Shown here piece after piece: positions 1 through 10,811 of a stretch of 64,000 bases of DNA. The first letter of the stretch is position 1. Each line of letters opens with the position of its first letter. The notes under the pieces were generated by a model, which did not search any database, was not told the origin of the DNA, and was given only the letters and a program-made list of their open reading frames with translations. Both the position numbers and the translations under genes were made by a program. The stretch spans positions 744,001 through 808,000 of the forward strand of contig JASTWF010000035.1 in the NCBI GenBank assembly GCA_030390025.1, given 5' to 3'. The DNA comes from Squalus acanthias (Eukaryota).

Positions 1-619
1 CTCAGTCCCACTCCGCCCTGTTCCCAGTCTGATCCTGGACTCTCAGTCCCACTCCCGCCCTGTTCCCAGTCTGATCCTGGACTCTCAGTCCCACTCCGCC
101 CTGTTCCCAGTCTGATCCTGGACTCTCAGTCCCACTCCCGCCCTGTTCCCAGTCTGATCCTGGACTCTCAGTCCCACTCCCGCCCTGTTCCCAGTCTGAT
201 CCTGGACTCTCAGTCCCACTCCCGCCCTGTTCCCAGTCTGATCCTGGACTCTCAGTCCCACTCCCGCCCTGTTCCCAGTCTGATCCTGGACTCTCAGTCC
301 CACTCCCGCTCTGTTCCCAGTCTGATCCTGGACTCTCAGTCCCACTCCGCCCTGTTCCCAGTCTGATCCTGGACTCTCAGTCCCACTCCGCCCTGTTCCC
401 AGTCTGATCCTGGACTCTCAGTCCCACTCCCGCCCTGTTCCCAGTCTGATCCAGGACTCTCAGTCCCACTCCCGCCCTGTTCCCAGTCTGATCCTGGACT
501 CTCAGTCCCACTCCCGCCCTGTTCCCAGTCTGATCCTGGACTCTCAGTCCCACTCCCGCCCTGTTCCCAGTCTGATCCTGGACTCTCAGTCCCACTCCGC
601 CCTGTTCCCAGTCTGATCC
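1..619. repeat. 42-bp (41-bp variant) tandem minisatellite, ~15 copies, runs off window start
   Basis: Unit CTCAGTCCCACTCCCGCCCTGTTCCCAGTCTGATCCTGGACT repeated head to tail, no spacers; explains the 14-aa repeat ORFs at 85-643. Confidence 0.97.
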
Positions 620-620
620 C

Positions 621-2710
621 AGCGAAAATGTGAAGTTATCCACTTTGGTAGGAAGAATAAGAAAGCAAAATATTATTTAAATGGAGAGAGACTACAGAAT
701 GCTGCGGTACAGAGGGATCTGGGTGTCCTCGTACATGAAACACACAAAGTTAGCATGCAGGTACAGCAATTAATTAGGAAGGCAAATGGAATGTTGGCCT
801 TTATTGCAAGGGGGATGGAGTATAAAAGTAGGGAAGTCTTGCTACAACTGTACAGGGCGTTGGTTAGACCACACCTGGAGTACTGCGTACAGTTTTGGAC
901 TCCTTATTTAAGGAGGGATATACTTGGAGGCAGTTCAGAGAAGGTTCACGAGGTTGATTCCGGAGATGAAAGGGTTGTCTTATGAGGAAAGGTTGAGCAG
1001 GTTGGGCCTGTACTCATTGGAATTTAGAAGAATGAGAGGTGATCTTATTGAAACATATAAGAATCTGAGGGGCCTCGACAAGGTAGATGCTGAGAGGATG
1101 TTTCCCCTCGAGGGGGAATCTAGAACTAGGGGGCATAGTTTCAGAATAAGGGATCGCCCATTTAAAATGGAAATGAAGAGGAATTTCTTCTCTCAGTGGG
1201 TCGTGAATCTTTGGAATTCTCTTCCCCAGAGAGCTGTGGAGGCGGAGTCATTGAATATATTCAAGGCTATAGGGGGTGGTAGTGGGGTCAGCCTTCAACT
1301 CTGACTCTGAGTGGTTCGAATCGCTCCCACGCCCCTGGTTCCTAGACTTTGGACTTATTCAGGGGTTGTGAATAAAGATGCAGTTGACAACAGGTTCTAA
1401 TGAAAGAATTTTGACTTTATTAAAAGAAAACGGTAACAAACTTTAAACACACTTAATACTTAAACACAGGTTGGGGAACACACGGTACAGCCGAGGGAGA
1501 AGGACAATATACAAAAAAAACCTTATCCCTCCCAAAAATCCCACTATCTAGCTAGGTTTTGGTTTCAGGAGATCAGGGATAATGCTCACCAAACGAATCC
1601 TTGACAGTTGAGAGTTAGGGTTTAGAGTCTTTTGAGTAAAAAGTTTCATAAGGCCCTTGTTGCCGCGAGGTGTCCGATGGTCACTGAGGCAGTCGCTCTG
1701 GTTTCTTCTTGTGTGTTGGTCTGTTTGTGAAGTTGTTGGCCTTCTTTCCTCCTCCTCCTCGTGGCTTGTGGTGTCTTTGCTGGAGCAGAGCTGAGAGAGA
1801 GCTGTGCGAGTGTTGAGAGCATTGTCAGAGAGTCCAGAGAGAGAGAGTCTCAGGGGTGTAGGCCCCCAATTATACTTGTTCAGCCCCTTTGTCCTTTTCG
1901 CGCCCAAAACCCCTTACTAAATCGGTTTCCTTTAGATTTCAAATGAGCCCCGTTTATTCCATTGTCTTAGTTTTGGTGGGCTTGTTAGTTTCGATGGCTT
2001 TAACTTGGTGTTAAACATGTCCTGATAGCTTCCGATTTCGGCAAGGCCTTTATCTGCGCGCCAAATCTTGTCCCTATTGTCCTAGGTTTTTGGCGGGCTT
2101 TTAAATCTGTCCTGTGGATACCTGGTTGATTGGTTTTTGGTGAAGTAAATCGGGGTACTAAATGTTTTATTGATTTCAGGCTTCTGGTATCCTGTTTGGG
2201 CCTGGGAATTTCAAAAGAGGTCTTGGATTATACATATTTCGATGTGTGTGTGTGGCTTTTGGGTTTGTCTCTTCCTCCTTGGTGGGAAGGCAGTGTAAAC
2301 AAATTCCCCATACAGCTTGATTGGGCCCCAATACCCAAACCTGGCCACTGCCTGGCCACGCCCCTCCGCAGCCTGTCTGTGTCTGTGAAAGGTGTCTTTC
2401 CCAACAGTAAGATTCAAAAAGTCATTTTCCTCAGGGCTTTTCTTCCCTGATCTTTAAAAATGTCCAAAACTGAGGTTTTTACCTCAAATCACTTCACTTA
2501 GGGTTCTGTTCGAGTTTCTGGGGGATTTTGCAAAGCCTACAAGGCGGAGATAAATAGATTTTTGAAAAACAGGGGTGTCAAGGGTTATGGGGAATGGGCA
2601 GGAAAGTGGAGTTGAGGCCAAAATCGGATCAGCCATGATCTTATTGAATGACGGAGCAGGCTCGAGGGGCCGAATGGCCGACTCCTGCTCCTATTTCTTA
2701 TGCTCTTATG
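621..2710 (+). mobile_element. 5'-truncated CR1 LINE (ORF2 C-terminus + 3' UTR), split by a solo LTR at 1268-2541
   Basis: CR1 ORF2 C-terminal peptides (RPHLEYCVQFW, LGLYSLEFRRMRGDLIE). TTCAAGGC|GGAGATAAATAG is continuous once the LTR and one AGGC copy are removed; ends in CR1-type CTTATG tail at ~2710. Confidence 0.9.
1268..2541 (-). mobile_element. Solo LTR (same subfamily as the proviral LTR at 59485-60734)
   Basis: On the + strand starts TATAGGGGG (TG mutated to TA) and ends CCTACA; 4-bp TSD AGGC at 1264-1267 and 2542-2545; colinear with 59485-60734; minus-strand AATAAA near 1415 and TATAAT near 1870. Confidence 0.93.
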
Positions 2711-2781
2711 AATCGAAGGGACTTTGTGCTGGGTAATTGCTCTGGATCTGGATTAACGCAGCCGAGTGTCTTCTCTCTCAG

Positions 2782-2871
2782 GTTTGAAGCCGGCAATCAC
2801 CTCTGAGGGTTTGGAACTGTCCTTTGCCACCAACCACCTGGGCCCATTCCTCCTGACAAGCCTGCTGCTGG
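2782..2871 (+). CDS. RDH11/12/13-like short-chain dehydrogenase/reductase, internal exon (first in window)
   Basis: ctctctcag acceptor and gtgagt donor, phase 1/1; encodes (G)LKPAITSEGLELSFATNHLGPFLLTSLLL with the RDH-type F-x-x-NHLG-x-FLLT motif. Not in the ORF track; read manually. Confidence 0.9.
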
Positions 2872-2899
2872 GTGAGTGATTCTCTCCGCATTGATGATA

Positions 2900-3245
2900 A
2901 TACAGGTCAATAAGGCCATAAAAAGCAAACCAAGCATTGGGTTCATTTCTAGAGGGATAGAAATGGAAAGCAGAGAAGTTATGCTGAACTTGTATAGAAC
3001 CTTGGTTAGGTCACACTTGGAGCACTGTGCACAGTTCTGGTCGCCGTATTATAAAGGATATAGAGGCACTGGAGAAGGTGCAAAAAAGATTGACAAGAAT
3101 TAGACCAGAACTGAGAGATTATAGCTATCAGGAAAGATTGAACAGGCTGGGGCTCTTTTCTCGAGATTATGAACGGGTTTGATAGGGTAGATATAGAGAA
3201 GATGTTTCCACTTGCGGGGGAGACCAGAACTAGGGCCCATCAATA
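2900..3245 (+). mobile_element. Degenerate CR1 LINE fragment
   Basis: Peptide LYRTLVRSHLEHCAQFWSPYY with frameshifts; boundaries approximate. Confidence 0.7.
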
Positions 3246-4159
3246 TATTTTTTTATTCGTTTATGGGATGTGGACGTCACTGGCAAGGCCAGCATTTATT
3301 GCCCATCCCTAATTGCCCTTGAGAAGGTGGTGGTGAGCCGCCTTCTTGAACCACTGCAGTCCGTGTGGTGAAGGTACTCCCACAGTGCTGTTAGGGAGGG
3401 AATTCCAGGATTTTGACCCAGCGACGATGAAGGATCGGCGATGTACTTCTCAGTCAGGATGGTGTGTGACTTGTAGAGGAACTTGGAGGTGGTGGTGTTC
3501 CCATGCGCCTGCTGCCCTTGTCCTTCTAGGTGGAAGAGGTCACGGGTTTGGGAGGTGCTGCCGAAGGAGCCTTAGCGAGTTGCTGCAGTGCATCTTGTAG
3601 ATGGTACACACTGCAGCCATGGTACGCCGGTGGTGGAGGGAGTGAATGTTTAAGGCGGTGGATGGGGTGCCAATCAAGCAGGCTGCTTTGTCCTGGATGG
3701 TGTCGCGCTTCTTGAGTGTTGTTGGAGCTGCACTCATCCAGGCAAGTGGAGAGTATTCCATCACACTCCTTACTTGTGCCTTGTAGATGGTGGAAAGGCT
3801 TTGGGGAGTCAGGAGGTGAGACACTCGCTGCAGAATACCCAGCCTCTGACCTGCTCTTGTTGCCACAGTATTTATGTGGCTGGTCCAGTTAAGTTTCTGG
3901 TCAATGGTAACCCCCAGGATGTTGATGGTGGGGGATTCGGCGATGGTAATGACATTGAGGGCTGGATTTTGTCAATGGGGACGTGATGGAGGCGGGACTC
4001 CCACTTTTTGGGTTGTAGTCCCACCTCCATTGATTTGTGGCCAACCCACACTACTAATGTCTCTAAATGTCTCTTTATCTCCCCTTTTGTTCCTTTATCC
4101 CCTCCCCCTTTTCCCAGCTTTATCCTGGCCTTAAATCTATTTGATTTCCGGCTCTTTCC

Positions 4160-4196
4160 AGTTCTGACGAAAGGTCATTGACCTGAAACGTTAACT
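4160..4196 (+). ncRNA. Minimal hammerhead ribozyme motif in a Penelope pLTR fragment (~4130-4262)
   Basis: AGTT-CTGACGA-AAGGTCATTGACCT-GAAAC-GTT-AACT: CUGANGA core, helix II (AGGTC/GACCT), GAAA, palindromic ACGT in place of helix III, helix I AGTT/AACT. Confidence 0.75.
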
Positions 4197-4442
4197 CTCT
4201 TTCTCTCTCCACGGATGTTGTCTGGCCTGCTGAGTTTTTCCAGCGTTTTCTGTTGTTATTTGCACACTACTTTCCCTTGATTGACCTTGTTAAGCCCGCC
4301 CAGCGGGCTCAGCAGGCCAATTAAGGGACACCTGGATACTGGTGACGTCAGCGATTGACATTTCATCTGTCAAACACTGACAATCTGTCTTCTAACTTGA
4401 GTCTGAGCTCAGAGCGGCGGCGGGACTCAAAAGAGGCGGCAG

Positions 4443-4690
4443 AGACCAGGTAGGCCTCAGAGCGGCGGCGGACCTGCGGGGAACGAGGCGGTGGCAGGGA
4501 GACTCAGGTGGGCCTCAGAGCGGCGGCAGACCTGCGGGGAACGAGGCGGCGGCGGCGAGACTCAGGTAGGCCTCAGAGCGGCGGCAGACCTGCAGGGAAC
4601 GAGGCGGCGGTGGCGAGACTCAGGTAGGCCTCAGAGCGGCGGCAGACCTGCGGGGAACGAGGCGGCGGTGGCGAGACTCAGGTAGGCCTC
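4443..4690 (+). repeat. ~58-bp GC-rich tandem repeat in the CR1 5' UTR (~4 copies)
   Basis: Unit GAGACTCAGGTAGGCCTCAGAGCGGCGGCAGACCTGCGGGGAACGAGGCGGCGGTGGC. Confidence 0.9.
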
Positions 4691-6015
4691 ACCAATCTCC
4701 GAGCTCAGAGGGAGGGAGAGAAGTAAAAAGTAATCAAAGTGTGACGTCACCAGAAAGCAGGTAAGTGATTGGTTGGTGAGTATTTCTCTCTTTTTAAACT
4801 TAAACTCTGTGGTTTATAGTTTCTAAGCTCTCTGTGGTTTAGCGGGGACTGTTGGTAAACCAGGGCCCTTAAGTATATCATTTAACTGTAGTGTAATTGG
4901 TGGGATTGATTTGATTTAATTTAATTTGAATTAATTAAAGTGTAAGTCATGGCAGGAGAGCTCGGCCCCGTGGTATGCTCCTCCTGCGCTATGTGGGAAC
5001 TCAGGGACACTTCCTGTGCCCCTGACAACCATGTGTGCAGGAAGTGTATCTAGCTACAGCTACTGGCAGACCGCACTGCGGCGCTGGAGCTGCGATTGGA
5101 TACATACTGGAGCATTCACGATGCTGAGGACGTCGTGAATATCATGTTTGAGCCGTTGGTCACACCGCAGGCAAAGGATGCACAGGCAGAAAGGGAATGG
5201 GTGACCAACAGACAGAGTAGTAGGCGCAGGCAGGTAGTGCAGGAGTCCCCTGTGGACATCCCCCTCTCAAACAGATATACCACTTTGAATACTGTTGGGG
5301 GGGATGGCTTATCAGAGGAAGGCAGCAGCAGCCAACTTCCTGGCACCAGGGGTGGCTCTGCTGCACAGGACGGGAGGAAAAAGAGGGGTAGAGCTATAGT
5401 GATAGGGGATTCTATTGTAAGGGGAATAGATAGGCGTTTCTGCGGCCGCAAACGAGACTCCAGGATGGTGTGTTGCCTCCCTGGTGCAAGGGTCAAGGAT
5501 GTCTCAGAGCGGCTGCAGAACATTTTGGAAGGGGAGCGTGAACAGCCAGTTGTCGTGGTGCATATAGGTACCAACGATATAGGTAAAAAACGGGATGAGG
5601 TCCTAAAAGCTGAATATAGAGAGTTAGGAGGTAAATTAAAAAATAGGACCTCAAAGGTAGTAATCTCCGGATTGCTACCAGTGCCACGTGCTAGTCAGAG
5701 TAGAAATAGAAGGATATTTCCGATGAATACGTGGCTAGAGGAATGGTGCAAGGGGGAGGGATTCAAATTCCTGGGATATTGGAACCGGTTCTAGGGGAGG
5801 TGGGACCAGTACAAACTGGACGGTCTGCACCTGGGGGGAGTGTTTGCTAGTGCTCTGGGGGAGGGTTTAAACTAAAGTGGCAGGGGGTTGGGAACCTGAG
5901 CAGGGAGACAGAGGAAAGGGAAACAAGGATAAAAGCAAAAGATAGGAAGAAGAAAAACAAAAGTGGCAGTCAGAGAAATCAACGGTTTAAATCAAACATG
6001 GCCACAGTAAATAAT

Positions 6016-6754
6016 GGCCCAAAAATTAGTGCCTCTACGCGAGAGTACGCACTGTGTACTCTCGCGTATTCTGTCTCCAATTGCCGGTTTTCTGCATGCA
6101 CTGCGCATGCGCTGAAAACCGGCACTTGGTGATTTCAAAAGGGGGCGGTTCCTAAGTGAACCGCGTGCGCGCTACAGGCTGCGCGCACGCAGTGCACTTA
6201 GTGCTTTGAACGCGCAGGTAAGCATGGAAGATTTTGCACATAAAGAAAGGAGGCGTAAGACCCTCTTTTAACAAGGTAAGTAGTTAATTAAGTATTATTT
6301 TGATTTTTTTTCAAAAGGTATATCTTTTTCGAGACTTTAAAGAAAGGTAAGTTTATTTTTATAAATTTTTAAAAGATTTTAAATTTTTTCAAAAATTTAA
6401 TTTTTTGTTTAAAGTGGTTAATTTATTTAACTATACTTATTTTATTAATGTGATGGTTTTTTTAAATTTAATTGAGGTTTAGCTGTTCTTTTGGGGGGGT
6501 ATAGATTCATAGCTTTCACAGCACTTATGTGAAAACTATGAATGAAAGATGGTGTGCTGCCATTGGCTCTAACGGAATCACGTGATCCCACAGCTCGCAC
6601 GAATTAACTGCGCCTGTGGGATACGCAAGCACTGCCCAGCTGCTGTCTAGAAAATCAAGTTCGTGCGAGCTGGGAATGAAAAAGCCGGCGCGCAGTGAGA
6701 TATCGCGGGGAAGCCTTACCCCCGCACGAAAGCTCCCTCACTAATTTTTGGGCC
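6016..6754. mobile_element. Harbinger-type MITE inserted at the CR1 ORF1/ORF2 junction
   Basis: TIR GGCCCAAAAATTAGTG / CACTAATTTTTGGGCC, 3-bp TSD AAT; homologous to 40439-41203. Confidence 0.85.
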
Positions 6755-9700
6755 AATAATTCTAATAGGTCTAAGAGCATTAAAAAAACAAGCCTGAAGG
6801 CTTTGTGTCTTAATGCGAGGAGCATTCATAATAAGGTGGATGAAGTAGCTGCGCAAATAGAGGTAAACGAATATGATTTGATTGGGATTACGGAAACATG
6901 GCTCCAGGGTGGCCAAGGCTGGGAATTCAACATCCAGGGTTATTCAATATTCAGTAAAGATAGGCAAAAAGGAAAGGGAGGTGGCATAGCATTGCTGGTT
7001 AAAGAGGGGATTAACACAATTGTAAGGAAGGATATTAGCTCTGATGCTGCAGAATCTGTATGGGTAGAACTGAGAAATACCAAGGGGCAGAAAATGTTAG
7101 TGGGAGTGGTATATAGACCGCCAAACAGTAATGCGGAGGTTGGGGATGGCATTAAAAGGGGAATTAGAGAAGCGTGCAATAATGGCACAGCAGTCATCAT
7201 GGGTGACTTTGATCTACATATAGATTGGGCTAACCAAATTAGTAACAATACTGTGGAGGAGGAATTCCTGGAGTGTTTACGGGATGGTTTCCTGGACCAA
7301 TATGTCGAGGAACCAACCAGAGAGCAGGCCATCTTAGACTGGGTATTATGTAATGAGAAATGATTAATTAGCAATCTTGTTGTGCGAGGCCCCTTGGGTC
7401 GGAGCGATCATAATATGATAGAATTCTTCATTAAGATGGAGAGTGAAGTAGTTGACTCAGAGACTAGGGTCCTGAATTTAAATAAAGGAAACTACGATGG
7501 TATGAGGCGCGAGTTGGGTAGGATTGATTGGGGAATGTCACTCAAAGGGTTGACGGTGGATAGGCAATGGCAAACATTCAAAGACCGCATGGATGAACTA
7601 CAGAATTTGTTCATCCCAGTTTGGCATAAGAATAAAACAAAAAAGGTGACTCAACCGTGGCTAACAAGGGAAATTAGGGATAGTATAAGATCCAAGGAGA
7701 GGACATATAAATTGGCCAGAAAAAGCAGTAAACCTGAGGATTGGGAGCAGTTTAGGATTCAACAAAGGAGGACAAAGGGATTAATTAAGAAGGGGAAAAT
7801 AGAATACGAGAGGAAGCTTTCAGGGAACATAAAAACTGACTGTAAAAGCTTTTATAGATACGTGAAAAGAAAAAGATTGGTGAAGTCAAGCGTAGGTCCC
7901 TTGCAGTCAGAATCAGGGGAACTTATACTGGGGAACAAAGAAATGGCAGACCAATTAAATACATAATTTGGTTCTGTCTTCACAAAAGAGGACACAAATA
8001 ACCTCCCAGAGATGTCGGGGAACATAGGGTCTGATGAAAGGGAGGAACTGAAAGAAATCAGTATTTGTAGGGAAATGGTGTTAGGGAAATTGGCGGGATT
8101 GAAGGCCGATAAATCCCTAGGGCCTGATAATCTACATCCTAGGGTACTTAAGGAAGTGGCCCTAGAAATAGTAGATGCATTGCTGATCATCTTCCAACAT
8201 TCGATGGAATCTGGAACAATACCCATGGATTAGAGGGTAGCTAATGTTACCCCACTATTCAAAAAAGGTGGTAGAGAGAAAACGGGGAATTGCAGACCGG
8301 TAAGCCTGACATCGGTAGTGGGGAAAATGCTAGAGTCCATTATAAAAGATGTAATAGCAGAGCACTTGGAAAACAGTGACAGGATCGGACAAAGTCAACA
8401 TGGATTTACAAAAGGTAAATCGTGCTTGACTAATCTGCTGGAATTTTTTGAGGATGTAACTGGTAAAATAGATAAGGGAGAACCAGTGGATGTGGTGTAT
8501 TTGGACTTTCAAAAGGCTTTCGATAAGGTCCCGCATAAGAGATTAGCGTGTAAAGTTAAGGCACATGGGATTGGGGGCAAGGTACTGACTTGGATAGAGA
8601 ACTGGTTGGCAGACAGAAAGCAAAGAGTTGGAATAAACGGGTCTTTTTCCGAGTGGCAGGCAGTGACTAGTGGGGTACCGCAGGGATCGGTCCTTGGACC
8701 CCAGCTATTCACAATATATATTAATGATCTAGACAAGGGAACTAGATGTAATATCTCCAAGTTTGCAGACGACACAAAGCTGGGTGGGCATGTGTACTGT
8801 GAGGAGGATGCTGAGAAACTCCAGGATGATTTGGACAGGTTGGGTGATTGGGCAGAAGCATGGCAGATGCATGAAAATGTGGATAAATGCCAGGTTATCC
8901 ACTTTGGTGTCAAAAACAGGAAGGCAGATTATTATCTGAATGGCAATAGATTGGGAGAAGGGGAAGTGCAACAAGACCTGGGTGTCCTTGTGCACCAGTC
9001 GCTGAAGGTAAGCATGCAGGTGCAGCAGGCGGTTAAGAAGGGAAATGGTATGTTGGCCTTCGTAGCGAGAGGGTTTGAGTACGGGAACAAGGATGTCTTG
9101 CTGCAGTTGTACAGGGCCTTGGTGAGACCACATCTTGAGTATTGTGTGCAGTTTTGGTCGCCTTATCTGAGGAAGGATGTTCTTGCCATGAAAGGAGTTC
9201 AGCGAAGATTCACCAGGCTGATACCTGGGATGGCAGGAATGACGTATGAGGAGAGATTGGGTCGATTGGGCTTATACTCGCTGGAGTTTAGAAGAATGAG
9301 AGGGGATCTCATTAAAACTTATAAAATTCTGAAAGGACTGGACAGACTAGATGCAGGAAGGATGTTCCCGATGGTCGGGGAGTCCAGAACCAGGTGTCAC
9401 AGTCTAAGGATAAGGGGTAAGCCATTTAGGACAGAAATGAGGAGGAATTTCTTCACCCAGAGAGTGGTGAACCTGTGGAATTCTCTACCACAGAAGGCAG
9501 TGGAGGCCAATTCATTAAATATATTCAAGAAGGAGTTGGATATATTTCTTAAGGCTAAAGGGATCAAGGGATATGGGGAGAAAGCAGGGACAGGGTTCTG
9601 AATTTGGATGATCAGCCATGATCGCATTGAATGGCGGAGCAGGTTAGAGGGGCCGAATGACCTACTCCTGCTCCTATCTTCTATGTTTCTATGTTTCCTT

Positions 9701-10811
9701 CTACTCAGACTCAGTTCGAGAGCCTCCCAGAAAGCAGAGGCTGCAGCTTTTGACAGCTCAGTGGCCATTCTGCTTTCTGTGCCGGTGAGCTGAGGGACTC
9801 CCGAGAACTGAAGGGAGGAAGCCTGGAGGAGAAAGTAAAGGTAAGTAAAACTTATTAAAACACTTTACACACACCAAACACACTTACCTCTGCACTCATG
9901 CACCCATCACTCACCTGTACACCGGACATCTCGACCCCTCCAAGCCCTGCAGACCGACGGTCCGCCTCGCTAACTTGGCGTGGTTTGGAGCCGTCGGGCA
10001 GCCCACACTTCAGGGCTAAAAATAGGGATTAGCCAAAAAACTGCCTGATAACTACCAGTTAACAGACAGTTAATTGACACTAATCCCCTTCCTGCCTCGG
10101 GGAGGCGGCTGCCAGCACAGGTCGGGTACCCGCCTCCTGGGACATTGGCATGGAGGCGGGCTGGGGGTGGGATGGGTACGTGCCCCCCGAATCTGCAATT
10201 TTCCCACCACTCCCGCCTCCAAACCCGCCTCCACGGGGCTTGGAAATTCGAGCCCTGAATGTCAAGGGGCGGTGGTTAGATTCTCGCTTGTTGGAGATAA
10301 TCATTGCCTGGCACTTGTGTGGCGCGAATGTTACCTGCTACTTATCAGCCCAAACCTGAACGTCATCCAGGTCTTGTTGCATGCGGGCATGGACTGCTTC
10401 ATTATCTGAGGAGTTGTGAATGGCACTGAACACTGTGCAGTCATCAGCGAACATCTCCATTTCTCACCTTATATTGGAGGAAAGGTCATTGATGAAGCAG
10501 CTGAAGATGGTTGGGCCTAGGACACTGCCCTGTGTAACTCCTACAGCGATGTCCTGGGGCTGTGATGATTGATCTCCAACCACCACAACCATCTTCCTTT
10601 GTGCTAGGTACGACTCCAGCCAGTGGAGCCTTTTCCCCCTGATTCCCGTTGACTTCAGTCACTAATAAATCCAATAAGGAATTCAGAACAAACTTCTTTG
10701 CCCAGAGACCTATCACAGGGAGTGGTTGAGTCAAATAGCATAGATGCATTTAAGGGGAAGCTCGATAAACACATGAGGGAGAAAGGAATAGAAGGATATG
10801 CTGATAGGGTG

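Larger units (their letters stand above)
4397..9697 (+). mobile_element. Full-length decayed CR1 LINE (5' UTR repeats, ORF1 SGNH esterase, ORF2 APE+RT, TCTATGTT tail)
   Basis: ORF1 from ATG 4949 (Cys-rich, IVIGDSIVRG, HIGTND; stops at 5051 and 5792). ORF2 ~6755-9601 ([35 protein letters not shown]) with stops at 7361, 7964 and 8231. The 5' start is approximate. Confidence 0.93.
3959..10255. mobile_element. Non-autonomous Harbinger-derived element with nested insertions
   Basis: Left TIR GGGCTGGATTTT and right TIR GAAATTCGAGCCC, 3-bp TSD TGA (3956-3958, 10256-10258); right subterminal sequence resembles the right end of the autonomous Harbinger (~46690-46720). Confidence 0.8.
3250..10657 (-). 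mobile_element. Non-LTR retrotransposon fragment of a second LINE family (3250-3958 + 10259-10657), split by a Harbinger-derived insertion
   Basis: Minus-strand RT C-terminal peptide IYKAQVRSVMEYSPLAW...HHRRTMAAVCTIYKMHC; GACATTGA|ATGTCAAGGGG resumes after the insertion; same family on + at 35033-35586. Confidence 0.8.

Noticed and set aside
1..619. CRISPR-like array or repeat protein
   Set aside because: Units are contiguous with no unique spacers, there are no cas genes, and the context is eukaryotic.
2130..2450. ORF open in both LTR copies (also 60324-60650)
   Set aside because: Non-ATG start, antisense to the element, no motif; shared openness is explained by recent common ancestry.
5096..5794. 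Host GDSL lipase gene (also 47267-48220)
   Set aside because: It is the esterase domain of CR1 ORF1p, directly upstream of APE-RT ORF2.
8509..9133. Recurrent antisense ORFs over CR1 RT (also 55614-56238) and over Penelope (37064-37909)
   Set aside because: Shadow frames of the retroelement coding strand, repeated only because the elements are repeated.
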